Positions 35,769 through 48,149 of a stretch of DNA of 64,000 nucleotides are shown one piece after another. Source of the stretch: Mobula hypostoma (lineage: Eukaryota); NCBI RefSeq assembly GCF_963921235.1, contig NC_086097.1:219978001-220042000 (forward strand), given 5' to 3'. A program made the translations under genes and the position numbers. Position 1 is the first letter of the stretch. Every line of letters begins with the position of its first letter. The notes under the pieces were generated by a model. It made no database searches and was not told where the DNA came from. It was given only the letters and a program-made list of their open reading frames with translations.

Positions 35769-37580
35769 TATTTTGCATCAGTCTTCACCGTGGAAGACAC
35801 TAGTGGAATGTTAGATGTATGAGTGTCAGGGGGCAGAACTGAGTGTCGGGGGCAGAAGTGAGTGTTGTTGCTATTATGTGGAGAATGTATTTGGGAAGCT
35901 AAAAATCCTCCACGTGTATAAGTCACTTGGACCAGATGAGCTACACCCCAGGGTTCTGAAAGTGGTGACTGAAGAGATTGTGGAGGCAATCTCTTTCAAG
36001 AATCACTAGATTCTGGAATTAATCCTGAGGACAGAAAAATGGTAAATTTCACTCCACTCTTGAAAAGAGAGGGAAGCAGAAGAAAGGAAATAATAGGCTG
36101 GTTAGCCTGACTTTACTGGTCGGGAAGATGTTGGAGTTATTATTAAGGAACAGGTTTTGGGATACTTGGAAGCACATTATAAAATAGGCCAAAGCCAGTA
36201 TGATTTTGTAAAGGCAAAATCTTGCCTGACAAATCTTTTGGAACTTTTTGAGGAAATGGACAGAGAGGGTCAGCGGACGTTTTTTATTTAGATATTCAGA
36301 AGGCACATGAGGCTGCATAACAAGAGCTCATGTTTTTACAAGAAAGGTACTAGCATGGATAGAAAATTAGCTGATGAGCAGAAGGCAAAGGGTGGGAATA
36401 AAGTGGGCCTTTTCCAGTTGGCTGTCAGTGATTAGTGGCGTGCCACAGGAGTTGGTGTTGGGACCATTTCTTTTCACGACACATGTTAATGATTTAAAGG
36501 AAGGAATTGATGGCTTTAGTGTCCAGGTTTGTGATGATACAAAGATAGGTTGAAGGGACAGGTAGTGTTGAAGAAGCAGAGTCTCTGCAGAGGGAGTTAG
36601 ATATATTGAGGAAATGGGCAAAGAAGTTGCAGATTGAATATGGGGAACATAGGGAAGTGCATGGTCATGCACTTTGGCGGGAGGAATAAAGACATGGACT
36701 ATTTTCTAGATGGGGAGAAAAATCAAAATCAGAGGTGCAGAGAGACTTGGGAGTCCTCGTGCAGGATTCCCTCAAGGTTAACTTGCAGGATGAGTTGGTG
36801 GTAAGGAGAGCAAATGCAATGTTAGCATTCATTTCAACAGGACCAGAATACAAAAGCAAGGATGTAATACTGAGGCTTTATAAGTCAATGGTCAGACTGC
36901 ACTTGGTATATGGTCAGCAGTTTTATGTCCCTTATCTAAGAAAAGAGATACTAACATTGGAGAGGGTCCAGAGGAGGTTCATGAGAATTATCCCAGGAAT
37001 GAAAGGATTAATACATGAGGAGATTTTGATAGATCTGGGCCTGTACTCACTGGAGTTCAGAAGAATGAGGGGAGATCGCATTGCAACCTATCAAATATTG
37101 AAAGGCCTGGATAATGTGAAAGTGGAGAGGATGTTTCCTATAGTAGGTGACTAGGACCAGAGGACACAGCTTCAGAATCAAGAACCTATCAACAACTGTC
37201 TTAAATATGCCCAATGAATTGGCCTGCACAGCCATCTGTGGTAATGAATTCCACAGATCCACCACCCTCTCCAACGCTAGCACATCTTTTCTTAGATAAG
37301 GAACCCAAAAATGCTCATACTTAAAACAGAGATGAAGGAAAATTCTTTAGCCACAGGGTGGTGAATCTATGGAATTTATTGCCACAGACAGCTGTCCTGG
37401 CCAAGTCATTGGGCATACTTAAGCAGTGGTTGATAGGTTATTGATTAATCAGAGCATCAAAGATTACGGGGAGAAGGCAGGAAAATGGGGTTGAGAGAGA
37501 TAATAAATCAGCCCTGATGGAATGGCAGAGCAGACTCAATGGATTGAATGGCCTAATTCTGCTCCTGTGTTGTGGGGTCT
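35767..37580 (+). mobile_element. 5'-truncated CR1 LINE with an internal inverted segment
   Basis: GPDELHPRVLK; ORF 36735-37154 (QRDLGVLV...LERVQRRF); CR1 tail. Confidence 0.9.
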
Positions 37581-37864
37581 AAAAATTCCATGTGCTATAG
37601 CATATCATTCTGACCAACAAGCTTTCATAAATGTTATTGTAGAAGTAGCCAGGGTAAATTGGAATAACAAAAAAAAAGATGAGAAGAGAACTTCTCATTT
37701 TAAACCTGAAATTATATATACCAGTAACAGTTCATTTGGAGGTTCTGAAGTTACCAGGTGAAGCAAACGTGACTGAACTGCGCAATTACATCAAGACAGG
37801 GTTAACAGAAGGAACCTATTTCACAACTTGTGAATGTGCCAAAATGTTTTACAACCAATTGAAT

Positions 37865-38032
37865 AGAACATAAGAAATAGGAGCAGGAGTTGGCCATCTG
37901 GTCCATTGAGCCTGTTCCTCCATTCAATAAGATCATGGCTGATCTGGCCATGGACTCATCTCCACCTGCCTACCTTTTCCTCATAACCCTCAATTCTCCT
38001 ACTATGCAAAAATCTATCCAACGTTGTCTTAA
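37865..38032 (-). mobile_element. CR1 3' tail fragment
   Basis: AGAACATAAGAAATAGGAGCAGGAGTTGGCCAT..., a reverse CR1 tail. Confidence 0.8.
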
Positions 38033-38419
38033 AATAATGTGAATTACAGTCAAAGCTGCAATGTGGAAAAAAAGTGTATGTATAATGTACCTATAACAAA
38101 ATCCAACAATCAGAAATGACAGAAACAACTGGGTCTACTTCCCACCTATTCTTTATATACATTTAGCTGGGTAAAGAAAGATAAGTTGATGATTGTTTCT
38201 GATTTAGTTATCTTTCACATAATGAAATTCACCATATACTAATACTATTTAGCCTGAACATTATCGGCATCATTTTAAACTGGAGCTGGATATTTTGCAA
38301 CTCAGCAGATTTCAAGTTTTGTTTTTCTATGACTCCCTCAAAAAAACTGACTAGAAATTCGTTCGCAATATTTTTGAATGGTGCATGTTAGTTTTATACT
38401 AACGTTGAAGTAGCCAGGG

Positions 38420-38585
38420 TAAATGACATTTAAGAATAAATTGGACAGATACATGGATGGGAGGTGTATGGAGGGATATGGTCCGTGTGCAGGTCAGTGG
38501 GACTAGGCAGAAAATGGTTCGGCACAGCCAAGAAGGTCCAAAGGGCCTGTTTCTGTGCTGTAGTTTCTGTGGTTCTATGGTTCTA
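38420..38585 (+). mobile_element. CR1 3' tail fragment
   Basis: GACAGATACATGGAT...GGGCCTGTTTCTGTGCTGTAG...TTCTATGGTTCT. Confidence 0.8.
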
Positions 38586-39246
38586 AATCTGGTACAATCT
38601 TCTTTCAGTGCCACTCTGAGGTGCCTTTCCTGGCATTCTCTAAATTCTTAAGCATAGAAGGAAACCATTTTCTCCCCATAATTCTTGTATTATTTTTTTT
38701 AAATAACTTTCGTTATACATTCTAACTTTCCCCCCAAAAACTGAGAAATAAAAGTGAACTACATACATTGTGGGGTTGAATCAGTTTGCTGACAGAGTAA
38801 CCAGCTGGCAAAGCTCACCCAGCTCACTACGTTGTCACGGTAGCTTCACAGATAAGCAAGTGAAGTTCCTCATCCAGAAAGTCAAATAACTTAAATGAGT
38901 GGTTGAAGATCCCTTCCATTAATAAGTTGTGTGGTGACCAATCAACAGAGAGGGAATGCATAAAAAGAGCTGCCTTTTCAATTAGGTCCACGATCAAGAT
39001 TTAAAAGGCACAGCTTTGCAGCATTTTTTCTGAATTGTGTGGGGACCAATCAACACAAAGGGATTCATTGGAAGGGGTGAATAAAAGTAATGCAGGTGCA
39101 AGTGGCGCGGCCATTTTTTTGAGTGGCCATTCTTGTGAGCATGCCAGTTTTTAGAGTGGCTTTGGCTCATCAGGCTTGGGTGACATCAAGCTTGGGTGAT
39201 GTAAAGTATCTGCCAACTTTCCCCTTGTTCTTATTTTGTCATTCCT

Positions 39247-39993
39247 CAAATAAGCTCCTCTCGGGCTTCCAGCTGGGTACAGGTATCAATTATAACCAAC
39301 ATTTCAATGACAAACTCTCCCGTCTTCTTCAGTGATGATGCCTGGGCTAGACTGGATGACGTCTAGTCTGGTGGCATTAGTACCCCTGTATTCCGTCGCT
39401 CCTGATTGGTTAGTCTTCATCCAATCTGGTTTCCACTCTCCCACCTTGTCTACAATTTAATTTCAGTTTTTACTTAAAGTGAGACCTTCGTTTTTGTTAA
39501 AATTCTTTTCCTCCAGTCCATCAAAATCAATCCTAAGGCCATTGCGAATGCAGTATTCTGCTTCCGCCGATTTTTCCGGGTAACCCAAACGGATGCACCT
39601 CCTGTACACCTTGATCCGGGTTTACACCGTGTGTCCTGTTTGGCTGACAACGCAGCTTCACACTCACAGGGAATCCTGTAAATGCCAGCTGATCTGAGTC
39701 CCTGGTCATCTTTGACCCGATTTAAGCTTCCTTATGGGTTTGTGGATGGTATTAATCCGGTGTTTCTTCAGGATCTTGGAGATCCTTCCTGAAATCACGG
39801 AAACCTAGCCAATCAGGAGGGGCGGAATACAGGAATACAAACACCACTAAACTAGACTTGCCCAGGCATTATCCCTGAAGAAGATGGCAGAGTTTGTCAC
39901 CGAAACATCGGTTATAATTGATACCTGTACCCAGCTGAAAACCCGGGAAGAGTTTATTCATCATATACGCCGGGAAAGCACCAGATCCTTTTT
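39247..39993 (-). mobile_element. Second Penelope-like family copy: GIY-YIG fragment flanked by inverted terminal repeats
   Basis: Minus strand reads ISKILKKHRINTIHKP...AGIYRIPCEC...GQTG with frameshifts. 39247-39413 is inverted relative to 39804-39958. Confidence 0.85.
39868..39918 (+). ncRNA. Hammerhead-like motif of the second PLE family (CpG-decayed)
   Basis: AUUAUCC-CUGAAGA-AGAUGGCAGAGUUUGUCACC-GAAAC-AUC-GGUUAUAAU. GAAACAUC is one CpG transition away from GAAACGUC. Confidence 0.55.
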
Positions 39994-40413
39994 CTTCATT
40001 CCACATCTGTTAGGGCATAGTAGTGTAATGAGATGGCTTCAGGGGCAGTGTTTTGCACTGTGTGTGGGATATGGGAATTCTGGGAGATCTCCAGTCTCCT
40101 GGATAAACACATCTGTACCAGGTGCACCGAGCTGCAGCTCCATATTAAGGAACTAGAGCAGCAATGGCTGAAATTTCTGGCAGCAATTCGGAAGGCACAG
40201 GATATATACATCCCAAAGAGGAATAAGTATTCTAAAGGCAAGATGACACAACCATGGCTGACAAGCCAACATAAAAACCAAAGAGCGGGCATATAATAGA
40301 GCAAACATTAGTGGGAAGTCAGAGAATTGGGAAGCTTTTAAAAACCAACAGAAGGCAACTAAAAAGTAATTAAGAAGGAAAAGGTGGAATAGGAAAGTAA
40401 GCTAGACAGTAAT

Positions 40414-40710
40414 TTATATATAGGCATCTGTTAGTCTCGTGAGACCATGGATTTGCGCCTTGGAAGGTTTTCAGGGCGCAGGCCTGGGCAAGGTTGTATG
40501 GAAGACCAGCAGTTGCCCATGCTGCAAGTCTCCCCTCTCCATGCCACCGATGTTGTCCAAGGGAAGGGCATTAGGACCCATACAGCTTGGCACCGGTGTC
40601 GTCGCAGAGCAATGTGTGGTTAAGTGCCTTGCTCAAGGACACACATGCTGCCTCAGCCAAGGCTCAAACTAGCGACCTTCAGATCACTAGATAAATGCCA
40701 CACGCCAACA
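40414..40710 (-). mobile_element. tRNA-head/CORE-like SINE with RTE-type body, 12-bp TSD
   Basis: TSD CTAGACAGTAAT at 40402-40413 and 40711-40722. Minus strand has a tRNA-like head, CORE-like TGTGTCCTTGAGCAAGGCACTTAACC, and a body shared with 57110-57250. Confidence 0.8.
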
Positions 40711-42972
40711 CTAGACAGTAATATTAAAGAGGATACCAGAAGTTTCTTCAGATATATAAAGAGTAAAGGAGAGGTAAGAGTAGACATCAGACTGCTGGAA
40801 AACGATGCTAGAGAGGTAGCAATGGGGGACAAGGAAATGGCAGAGGAACTGAATGAGTATTTTGCATGAATCTTCACTGTAGAAGACACTAGCAGTATGG
40901 TGGAAGTTCCAGACTGTCAGGGGTCAGAATTGTCTGAAGTTGTCATTAATAGGGAGATAGTTCTTGGGAAGCTAACAGGTTGGAAGGTATATAATTCACC
41001 AGGACCAGATTATGTACATACCAGGGTTCTGAGGTGGCTGAATAGATTGTGGAGGCATTTATAATGATCTTTCAAGAATCACTAGAATGGTTCTGGAGTG
41101 GTTCCGGAAGACTGTAAAATTACAAATGCACTCCACTCTTCAAGAAGAGAGAGAGAGGCAGAAGAAAGGAATTTATAGGCCAAGTAGTCTGACCTCAGTG
41201 GTTGGGAAGATGTTAGAATCAATTGTTAAGGAAGTGATTTTGGGGTACTTGGAGGCACATGATAAAATAGGCCATAGTCAGCATGGTTTTCTCAAGGGAA
41301 AATCTTGACTGACAAATCTGTTGGAATTATTTGAGGAAATAACCACAGGATAGGCAAAGGAGAATCAGTGTATGCTGTGTACTTGGATTTTCAGAAGGCC
41401 TTTGACCATGTGCCCCACATGAGGTTGCTTAACAAGTTAAGAGCCCAAGGTATTACAAGAAAGATTCTAGCATGGTTAAAGCAGTGGCTGATTGGCAGGA
41501 GGCAAAGAGTGAGAAAAAAGGGAACCTTTTCTGGTTGGCTGTTCGTAGTGACCACAGCGATCTGTGTTGGGACCGCTTCTTTTTACGTTACATGTCAATG
41601 ACTTGGATGATGGAATTGATGGGTTTTTTTTTGCAAAGTTTGCAGATGGTACAAAGGTAAATTGGAGGGGCAGGTAGTTTTGAAGAAATAGAGAGGCTAC
41701 AGAGGGACTTAGACAGATTAGGAGAATGGGCAAAGAAGTGGCAGATGGAATACAGTGTTGGGAAGTGTATGGTCATGCACTTGGGTAGAAGAAATAAAAG
41801 GGGAGACTATTTTCTAAATGGAGAGAAAATTCAAAAACCTGAGGCACAAAGAGACTTGGGGGTTGTTGAGCAGGATTTCCTAAAGGTTAATTTGCAGGTT
41901 GAGTCTGTGGTAAGAAAGGTAAATGCGATGTTAGCATTCATTTCGAGAGGACTAGAATATAAAAACAAGGATGTAATGTTAACTTTTTATAAAGCACTGG
42001 TGGGGCTTCACTTAGAGTACTGTGAGCAGCTTTGGGCCCTTTATCTTGGAAAGGATGTGCTAAAACTGGAGAGGGTTTAAAGGGGATTCACAAAAATGAT
42101 TCCACAATTGAATGGCTTGTCATATGAAGAGTGTCTGATGGCTCTAGGCCTGTATTCACCTAGAATTTAGAAGAATGAGAGGTGAACTAATTGAAACCTA
42201 TGAAATGGTGAAAGGTCTTGATAAAGTGGGTGTGGAAAGGATGTTGCCTATAGTGGGAGAGACTAAAACCAGAGGACACAGCCTCAGAATAGAGGGGCAT
42301 TCTTTTAGAACAGAGATGATGAGGTATTTCTTTAGCCAGAGGGTGGTGAATCTGTGGAATTTGTTGCCACAGGCAGCTGCGGAGAATAAGTCTTTACAAA
42401 TATTGAAGGGAGTGTTTGATTGATATTTGATTAGTCAAGGCATGAAGGGATACAGGGAGAAGATAGGAGATTGGGGCTGAGAGGAATAAAGGATCAGCTA
42501 TGATGAGATGGCAGAGCAGACTCACTGGGCCAACTGGCCTAATTCTGCTCCTATGTCTTAACTTCTTGTGATTACACTGCCAGTTTTGAAGATTCTGCAT
42601 CTATCAGGTGATTTTCTGCCATTTTCCTCACCAAATTCAATGTGTGATCAGCAAATTACTGTGACATCTAACATTTTGGTGCATATGTCAATGTATCTCC
42701 TCCGCCGCCAACCCAAAAAGCTGGAGACCAACCACTGCCTCAGCCAAGATCACCAGCCGGTTGGCTCACCATAGCATCTGACTGGCAACTGAAACTTGAT
42801 CTTGGCAAGCAATTAAAATTCCCTGACTTCATTATATTATCATCAGAGACCAAAATGGTCATTCTCTCAGAAACCTCCAAGAATGTGGTCATGCGGAACT
42901 GACAGTGCCTTGGGAAGACCAAATTGTGGAAGATTTGAGTGGAAGAAGGCCAAATACCAGGATCTGATAGAG

Positions 42973-44152
42973 CAGCGGTCCCCAACCACCGGGCTGTGGA
43001 CCGGTGCCGGGCCGCAAAGCATGCGTTACCGGGCCGCGAGGAAACGATATGATTTGGTGATATTACTCAGCTGCACCTTTTCTCATTCCCTGTCATGCAC
43101 TATTGAGCTTGAACGCACATGAGGTCATTACGCACGCGTCATCCATGTCAGCGCGGGAAGAAGATCAACTCCTTGGGCTTGCAAATGACGGCCGGCTGAG
43201 AAGTGTGTTTGACATAACATCTCTGCTGGCATTCTGGATCAAAGTCAAGGCTAAATATCCTGAGATAGCCACGAAAGCACTGAAAACGTTGCCCGAAGCA
43301 GAGTTTTCTGCATTGAATGCAACGAAAATTAAATTGCGGAATAGAATGGACATAAGGAACCCCCTTCGAGTATCGCTGTCTCCCATCACCCCTTGATAGG
43401 ACCGTCTTGTTGCAGGGAAACAAGCCCAGGGCTCCCACTGATTCAGCGATATTGGTGTGTTGCAATGATTTTATATGCTCATATGGAGAAAATATGTGCT
43501 GTGTGTTTAATATCCAAACGTTACTTAAAATGTTATGATGCTATTGACTTACTTATATAACCGTATAATAATTACAGCACGGAAACAGGCCATCTCTGCC
43601 CTCCTAGTCCGTGCCGAACGCCACTCTCACCTAGTCCCACTGACCTGCACTCAGCCCATAACCCTTCATTCCTTTCCTGTCCATACACCTATCCAATTTT
43701 TCTTTAAATGATAATATCGAACCTGCTTCTGCCACTTCTACTGGAAGTTCGTTCAACACTTACTTGAAGCTCCCCTGTCAATTGACTTATCACTATATTC
43801 ATGCGTGGAAAATATGTGCTGTGTGTTTAATATTAAATTCGTTAGATAAACCCTTTTGGAAACGAAATTGAGTGTATCAGCCACTTATCACCTATATTCC
43901 GATCGTGATTAACATCACCCCCACCCCCGAACAGAATAGCCAAAAACGATTTGTGGGGGGGGGGGGAAATCGGTAGGTCACGCAAGGCTTCATGGTCATT
44001 GTAGTCTTACTCGGGGTAAACTCAATGTATTTGACTGCTACTCTTGTCCGTTGGCAACCCTACCCTGCCCCCTCCCCCCCCGGTCGGCCGGTCCGCAAGA
44101 ATATTGTCAATATTAAACCGGTCCGCAGTGCAAGAAAGGTTGGGGACCCCTG
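42973..44152 (+). mobile_element. Non-autonomous hAT (Charlie-like) DNA transposon
   Basis: TIRs CAGCGGTCCCCAACC / GGTTGGGGACCCCTG. Perfect 8-bp TSD TGATAGAG (42965-42972, 44153-44160). ORF 43103-43396 is a hAT C-terminal dimerisation domain remnant (FW...YPEIA..ALK.L...EAEFS...KLRNRM). Confidence 0.93.
43555..43757 (-). mobile_element. CR1 3' tail nested within the hAT element
   Basis: Reverse CR1 tail flanked by ACTTACTT at 43547-43554 and 43758-43765. Confidence 0.75.
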
Positions 44153-44196
44153 TGATAGAGCAGTGCCAGACAGAGGGGTGGAGGGTAGCAAGCAAA

Positions 44197-44832
44197 CAAT
44201 GTTCCCTGTCAGGTGTGCATGTATGCTGCACACACATCTTCTGCTACCTGCACACAAGGGAATTTAAACTGTGCGCAAGAGGTTGTCACCCTTTACCTCG
44301 TTGGCTTGTTGAGTATATTTCACAATCACATTTCCTTTTCCGGTTTCTGATGCAGACGGTATTGACAACGTGGAGTTTGCAACAGATTTGTCTGCTGATT
44401 TTAGAACTGGCTTATTAATACTGTTTCTATTGAAGAAATTACTGATTCACTCTGTGGAATTCCAAAGAAGCAAAAGGCATGAAGCACAAAAGATCTGCAC
44501 GTTCATTTAAAGCAGAATGGCTTAATGAAACTGCAACACCAAAAGCTCATGAGGTCAAGAATGTCCAGCTACGAGAAATATTTACGTACAATACAGAAAC
44601 TGGTGTGACCCACATGTATTGTCGCAATGAGAAATAAGACTTGTTGATGTGTATTATTTTATTTCTTTTAAACAATGAACAAAAAACTGGTGCAGTTTAT
44701 TATCCTTAGAATAGCTTCAGGTTTACTTCCACCTAAAAATTCAGTGCGCACATGTTGTTGTCACTGGGCAAAAAAATTGCACAGCACAAGATTTTTGCAC
44801 ACATTGGTGATTACAGGTTAGAGTGAACATTG
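44197..44832. mobile_element. Older non-autonomous hAT-type element
   Basis: TIRs CAATGTTCCCTGTCA / TTAGAGTGAACATTG (12/15). Degenerate 8-bp TSD CAAGCAAA / CATGCAAG (6/8). Confidence 0.65.
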
Positions 44833-45180
44833 CATGCAAGCCACAGGAGAATCCCGCACAACCTGCCTGGTAGCTGGCTGAACGTTTGGTGTGGCCCTCT
44901 CACTAAAACTCCAGTCTATGAAACTTTCTGCCTCCTGTATTTTCCTCAGTGAATCCCACTGCAACTCCTTCTGGTCCATATGGTCTGAAAGAAGCAGCAG
45001 CTGAGCACATGACCTGCCAACATAGTTATCTGGCTCTTTGATCTCCCACATCTGACAGGAGGAGCATGCATCTTCACGGACTGATGTTACTGCTCCTTTT
45101 AATAAACTAGTCGACTTGGGAAAGCTTTGCCTCGTTGCTACTCACCGTCCTCACCGAGGCCCAGTATTCACCAAAGCCTT
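44833..45180 (-). mobile_element. CR1 ORF1/5' fragment
   Basis: ORF 44818-45051 (MWEIKEPDNYVGRSCAQLLLL...) resembles the ORF1 N-termini at 16926 and 40033. Confidence 0.7.
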
Positions 45181-45217
45181 CAGTAAATTCCTTCAGTAAA
45201 GGAAAGGAATTAGTGAT

Positions 45218-45425
45218 AAACATAGAAACATAGAAAATAAGTGCAGGAGTAGGCCATTCGGCCCTTTGAGCCTGCACCGCCATTCAGTATGATCATGGCT
45301 GATCATCCAACTCAGAACCCTGTACCAGCCTTCCCTCCATACCCCCTGATCCCTTTAGCCACAAGGGCCATATCTAACTCCCTCCCCTGATCTCTTTAGC
45401 CACAAGGGCCATATCTAACTCCCTC
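45218..45425 (-). mobile_element. CR1 3' tail with a tandem duplication of about 41 bp at its 5' junction
   Basis: (AAACATAG)2 tail; CCCCTGATC(C/T)CTTTAGCCACAAGGGCCATATCTAACTCCC occurs twice within 45343-45423. Confidence 0.82.
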
Positions 45426-45644
45426 TAAAAATATCTCTGAAAATCATAAATATGGTTAGCATTCTCAATCAGATTAGAAATAGCTTTACATACTGTATAC
45501 TTATACGCACAGGTTCAGATAAATCTCATGGCAAAAACAAAAGATGATGAGCAAATCATACTAATGGAATGCAAGCTGGAATATAGCGGCTCCTTCCTAA
45601 TGTACATGAAGCATATTTTACATTATTTTATTGCTGATATAGTC

Positions 45645-47970
45645 AAGGAGTCATAGAACACTACAGCAAAGAGACAAGCCCTTTGGCCTATCTACTCCAT
45701 GCCGAACCATTAATTTGCCTAATCCCATTGACCTGCACTTAAACCATAGCCTGTTCCCATCCAAGTACCTATCCAAATTTCTCTGCTTGCACTACCTATA
45801 CCCATCATAATTTTGTACACCTCTATCATATCTCCCCTCAATCTTCTAAGTTCTAGGGAACAAAGACCTAACCTATTCATACTCACCCTATAACTCATCC
45901 TCAAGTCTTAGCAACATCTTTGTAAATTCTCCCTGCACTCTTTCAATCTTAGTTGCATGTCTTCTGCAAGCAGGTGACCAAAGCTGGACACAAAACTCCA
46001 AATTAGGCCTCACCAATGTCTTATATAATTTCTACATAACATCCTGTACTCAGTACATTGATTTATGAAGGCCAATGTGCCAAATGCTTTCTTTATGACC
46101 CTATCTACCTGTGACATCTCTTTCAATGAATTGAGGACCTGTTTTCCCAGATCCCTTTGTTCTACCACACTCTTTAGTGCCATAGCTCTCACCGTGTAAG
46201 ACCTACCCTGGTTTGCCCTCCCAAAGTGCAACATTAGCCTCCCACAGGTCTGTGCTACTTTTCAGTCCATTTTCCCAGCCAGACCAGACCCCAGTGCAAG
46301 CTTTGATAGTCTTCCTTGCCGTCCATTACACCCCCTAACTTGGTGTTATCCGCAAATACGCTGATCCAGTTTACTACAGCAATCATCCCCATCATTGATA
46401 TAAATGACAAACAACAACAGACCCAACACCAATACCTGCAGCACACCACAAGCCTTCAGTCTACTACCACTCTCCAGCGTCAACCGCAAAGCCAACATCT
46501 AATTCAATTTACTACCTTATCTTGAAGGGCAAGCGAACTGAACCTTCTCGACCAACCTCCCATGCAGGAGCTTGCAAGGATCTTGCTAAAGGTCATGTTT
46601 ACAACTTTCATGGTCCTGCCTTCATCAACTTCCTGGTAACCTCCTCAAAAAACTCTATAAGATTGGTTAGATACAACTTATACATAAATCCATGTTAACT
46701 ATGCTTAATCAGTTCTATCCAAATACTTATACATCCAATTCCTTAGAATACTTTCCAATAACTTTCCCGCTAATGATGTCAGGCTCACTGGCCTATGATT
46801 TTCTGGTTTGTTTGTAGAGCCTTTCTTAATCGATGTAACAATATTAGCTATCCTCCAATCATTTGGCACCTCACCTGCGCTGAGGGATGTTTTAGATATC
46901 TCTGGTAGGTCCCCTGCAATTTCTGTACTAGCCTCCCACAGGGTCTGATGGAACATCTTGTCAGGCTCTGGGGATTTATCCACCCAAAATTTGCCTCAAG
47001 ACAGTGAACACCTCCTCCTCTATAATCTGTATGGGGTCCATATCTTTGCTGCTGCTTTGCCACACTTCTATAGGCTCTGTGTCCGTCTCCTGGGTAGATA
47101 CAGATGCAAAAAATCCATTTTAGATCTCCCCCATTTCTTTCAGCTCCATGCATAGATTACCACTCTGTTTTTCCATTTTGTCCCTTGCTGTGCTTTTGTT
47201 CTTAATATAATGTATATGTAGAAGCTCTTAGGATTCTCCTTCACCTAGTCTTCTAGAGCAATCTGATGCCTTGTTTTAGCCATCCTAATTTCCTTCTTAA
47301 GTCTCTCTTGCATTTCTTATACTCAAGTACCTCATTGGTTCCTACCTGTCTATACCACCTATGCACCTCTTTCTTTTTCTTGACCAGGGCCTCAATATCT
47401 CTCCAACAAGATTCCCTAAACCTGTTATCCTTGCCTTTTATTCTGACATACAAACTGTACTCTCACAATTTCACTTTTAAAGGCCTTCCACTTACCAAGT
47501 GCACCTTTGCCAGTAAACAACCTGTCCCAATCCACACTTGCCAGATCCTTTATAATACTATCAAAATTGGCCTTTCTCCAATTTAGAATATTATCCCGAG
47601 GACCAGACCAGATGGAAAGTGTTCCCCAATACAAAAGTCTGTCACCTGTTCCGTCTTATTCCCTAATAGGAGATCCAGTATCACACGCTCTCTTGTTATG
47701 ACTGAATAAGGAAACTTTCCTGAACACATTTGACAAACTCTTTCCCATTCAGCCCTTTTTACAGTATGGGAGTCCCAGTCAATATGTGGGAGCCCCAGTC
47801 AACCTTATGTTTCTCGCAACAGTCTGCAATCTCTCTACAAACTAAATCCTTCAGACTGTGGGGTGGTCTATAACATAATCCCATTAACGTGGTCGTGCCT
47901 TTCTTAGTTCTACTCACAAAGCCTCCCTAGATGAGCTCCCCAGTCTGCCCTTACTGAGCACTACAATGAG
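45645..47970 (-). mobile_element. Degenerate CR1 LINE (ORF2)
   Basis: FADNTKLGG (46255-46449), NHRPVSLTSLAGKLLE (46705-46983), LNWRKANFD (47425-47634), and a tail at about 45650. Confidence 0.9.
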
Positions 47971-48149
47971 ATTTGGTGCACTGGTGATAGTTGGTTTGCA
48001 CCATCATCAGTTTTACTTCAACTAAATTACCATCAAAGCTAGAAACATTTCAAAATGTATTGTCTTTAAATGAATAAGGATTGGGATTTGTCACAAGATT
48101 TGAATTTGAAATTTTACCAAAACTTCTGTGATAATTAATATTTCATTTG

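Larger units (their letters stand above)
38925..42565 (+). mobile_element. CR1 LINE retaining 5' UTR/ORF1 start, internally deleted, interrupted by a PLE and a SINE
   Basis: ORF1 start MASGAVFCTVCGIWE...CTRC (40033). RT motifs YLDFQKAFDHVPH (41368) and TRGHSLRI (42175). Tail at about 42560. The 5' boundary is approximate. Confidence 0.85.

Noticed and set aside
43103..43396. ZBED/SCAND3-like host gene
   Set aside because: Only a deleted hAT dimerisation-domain remnant inside a TIR- and TSD-bounded element.
43955..43966. Poly-G run (also poly-C at 18266-18278) as a functional G-quadruplex
   Set aside because: Simple homopolymer expansions within TE copies, with no other support.
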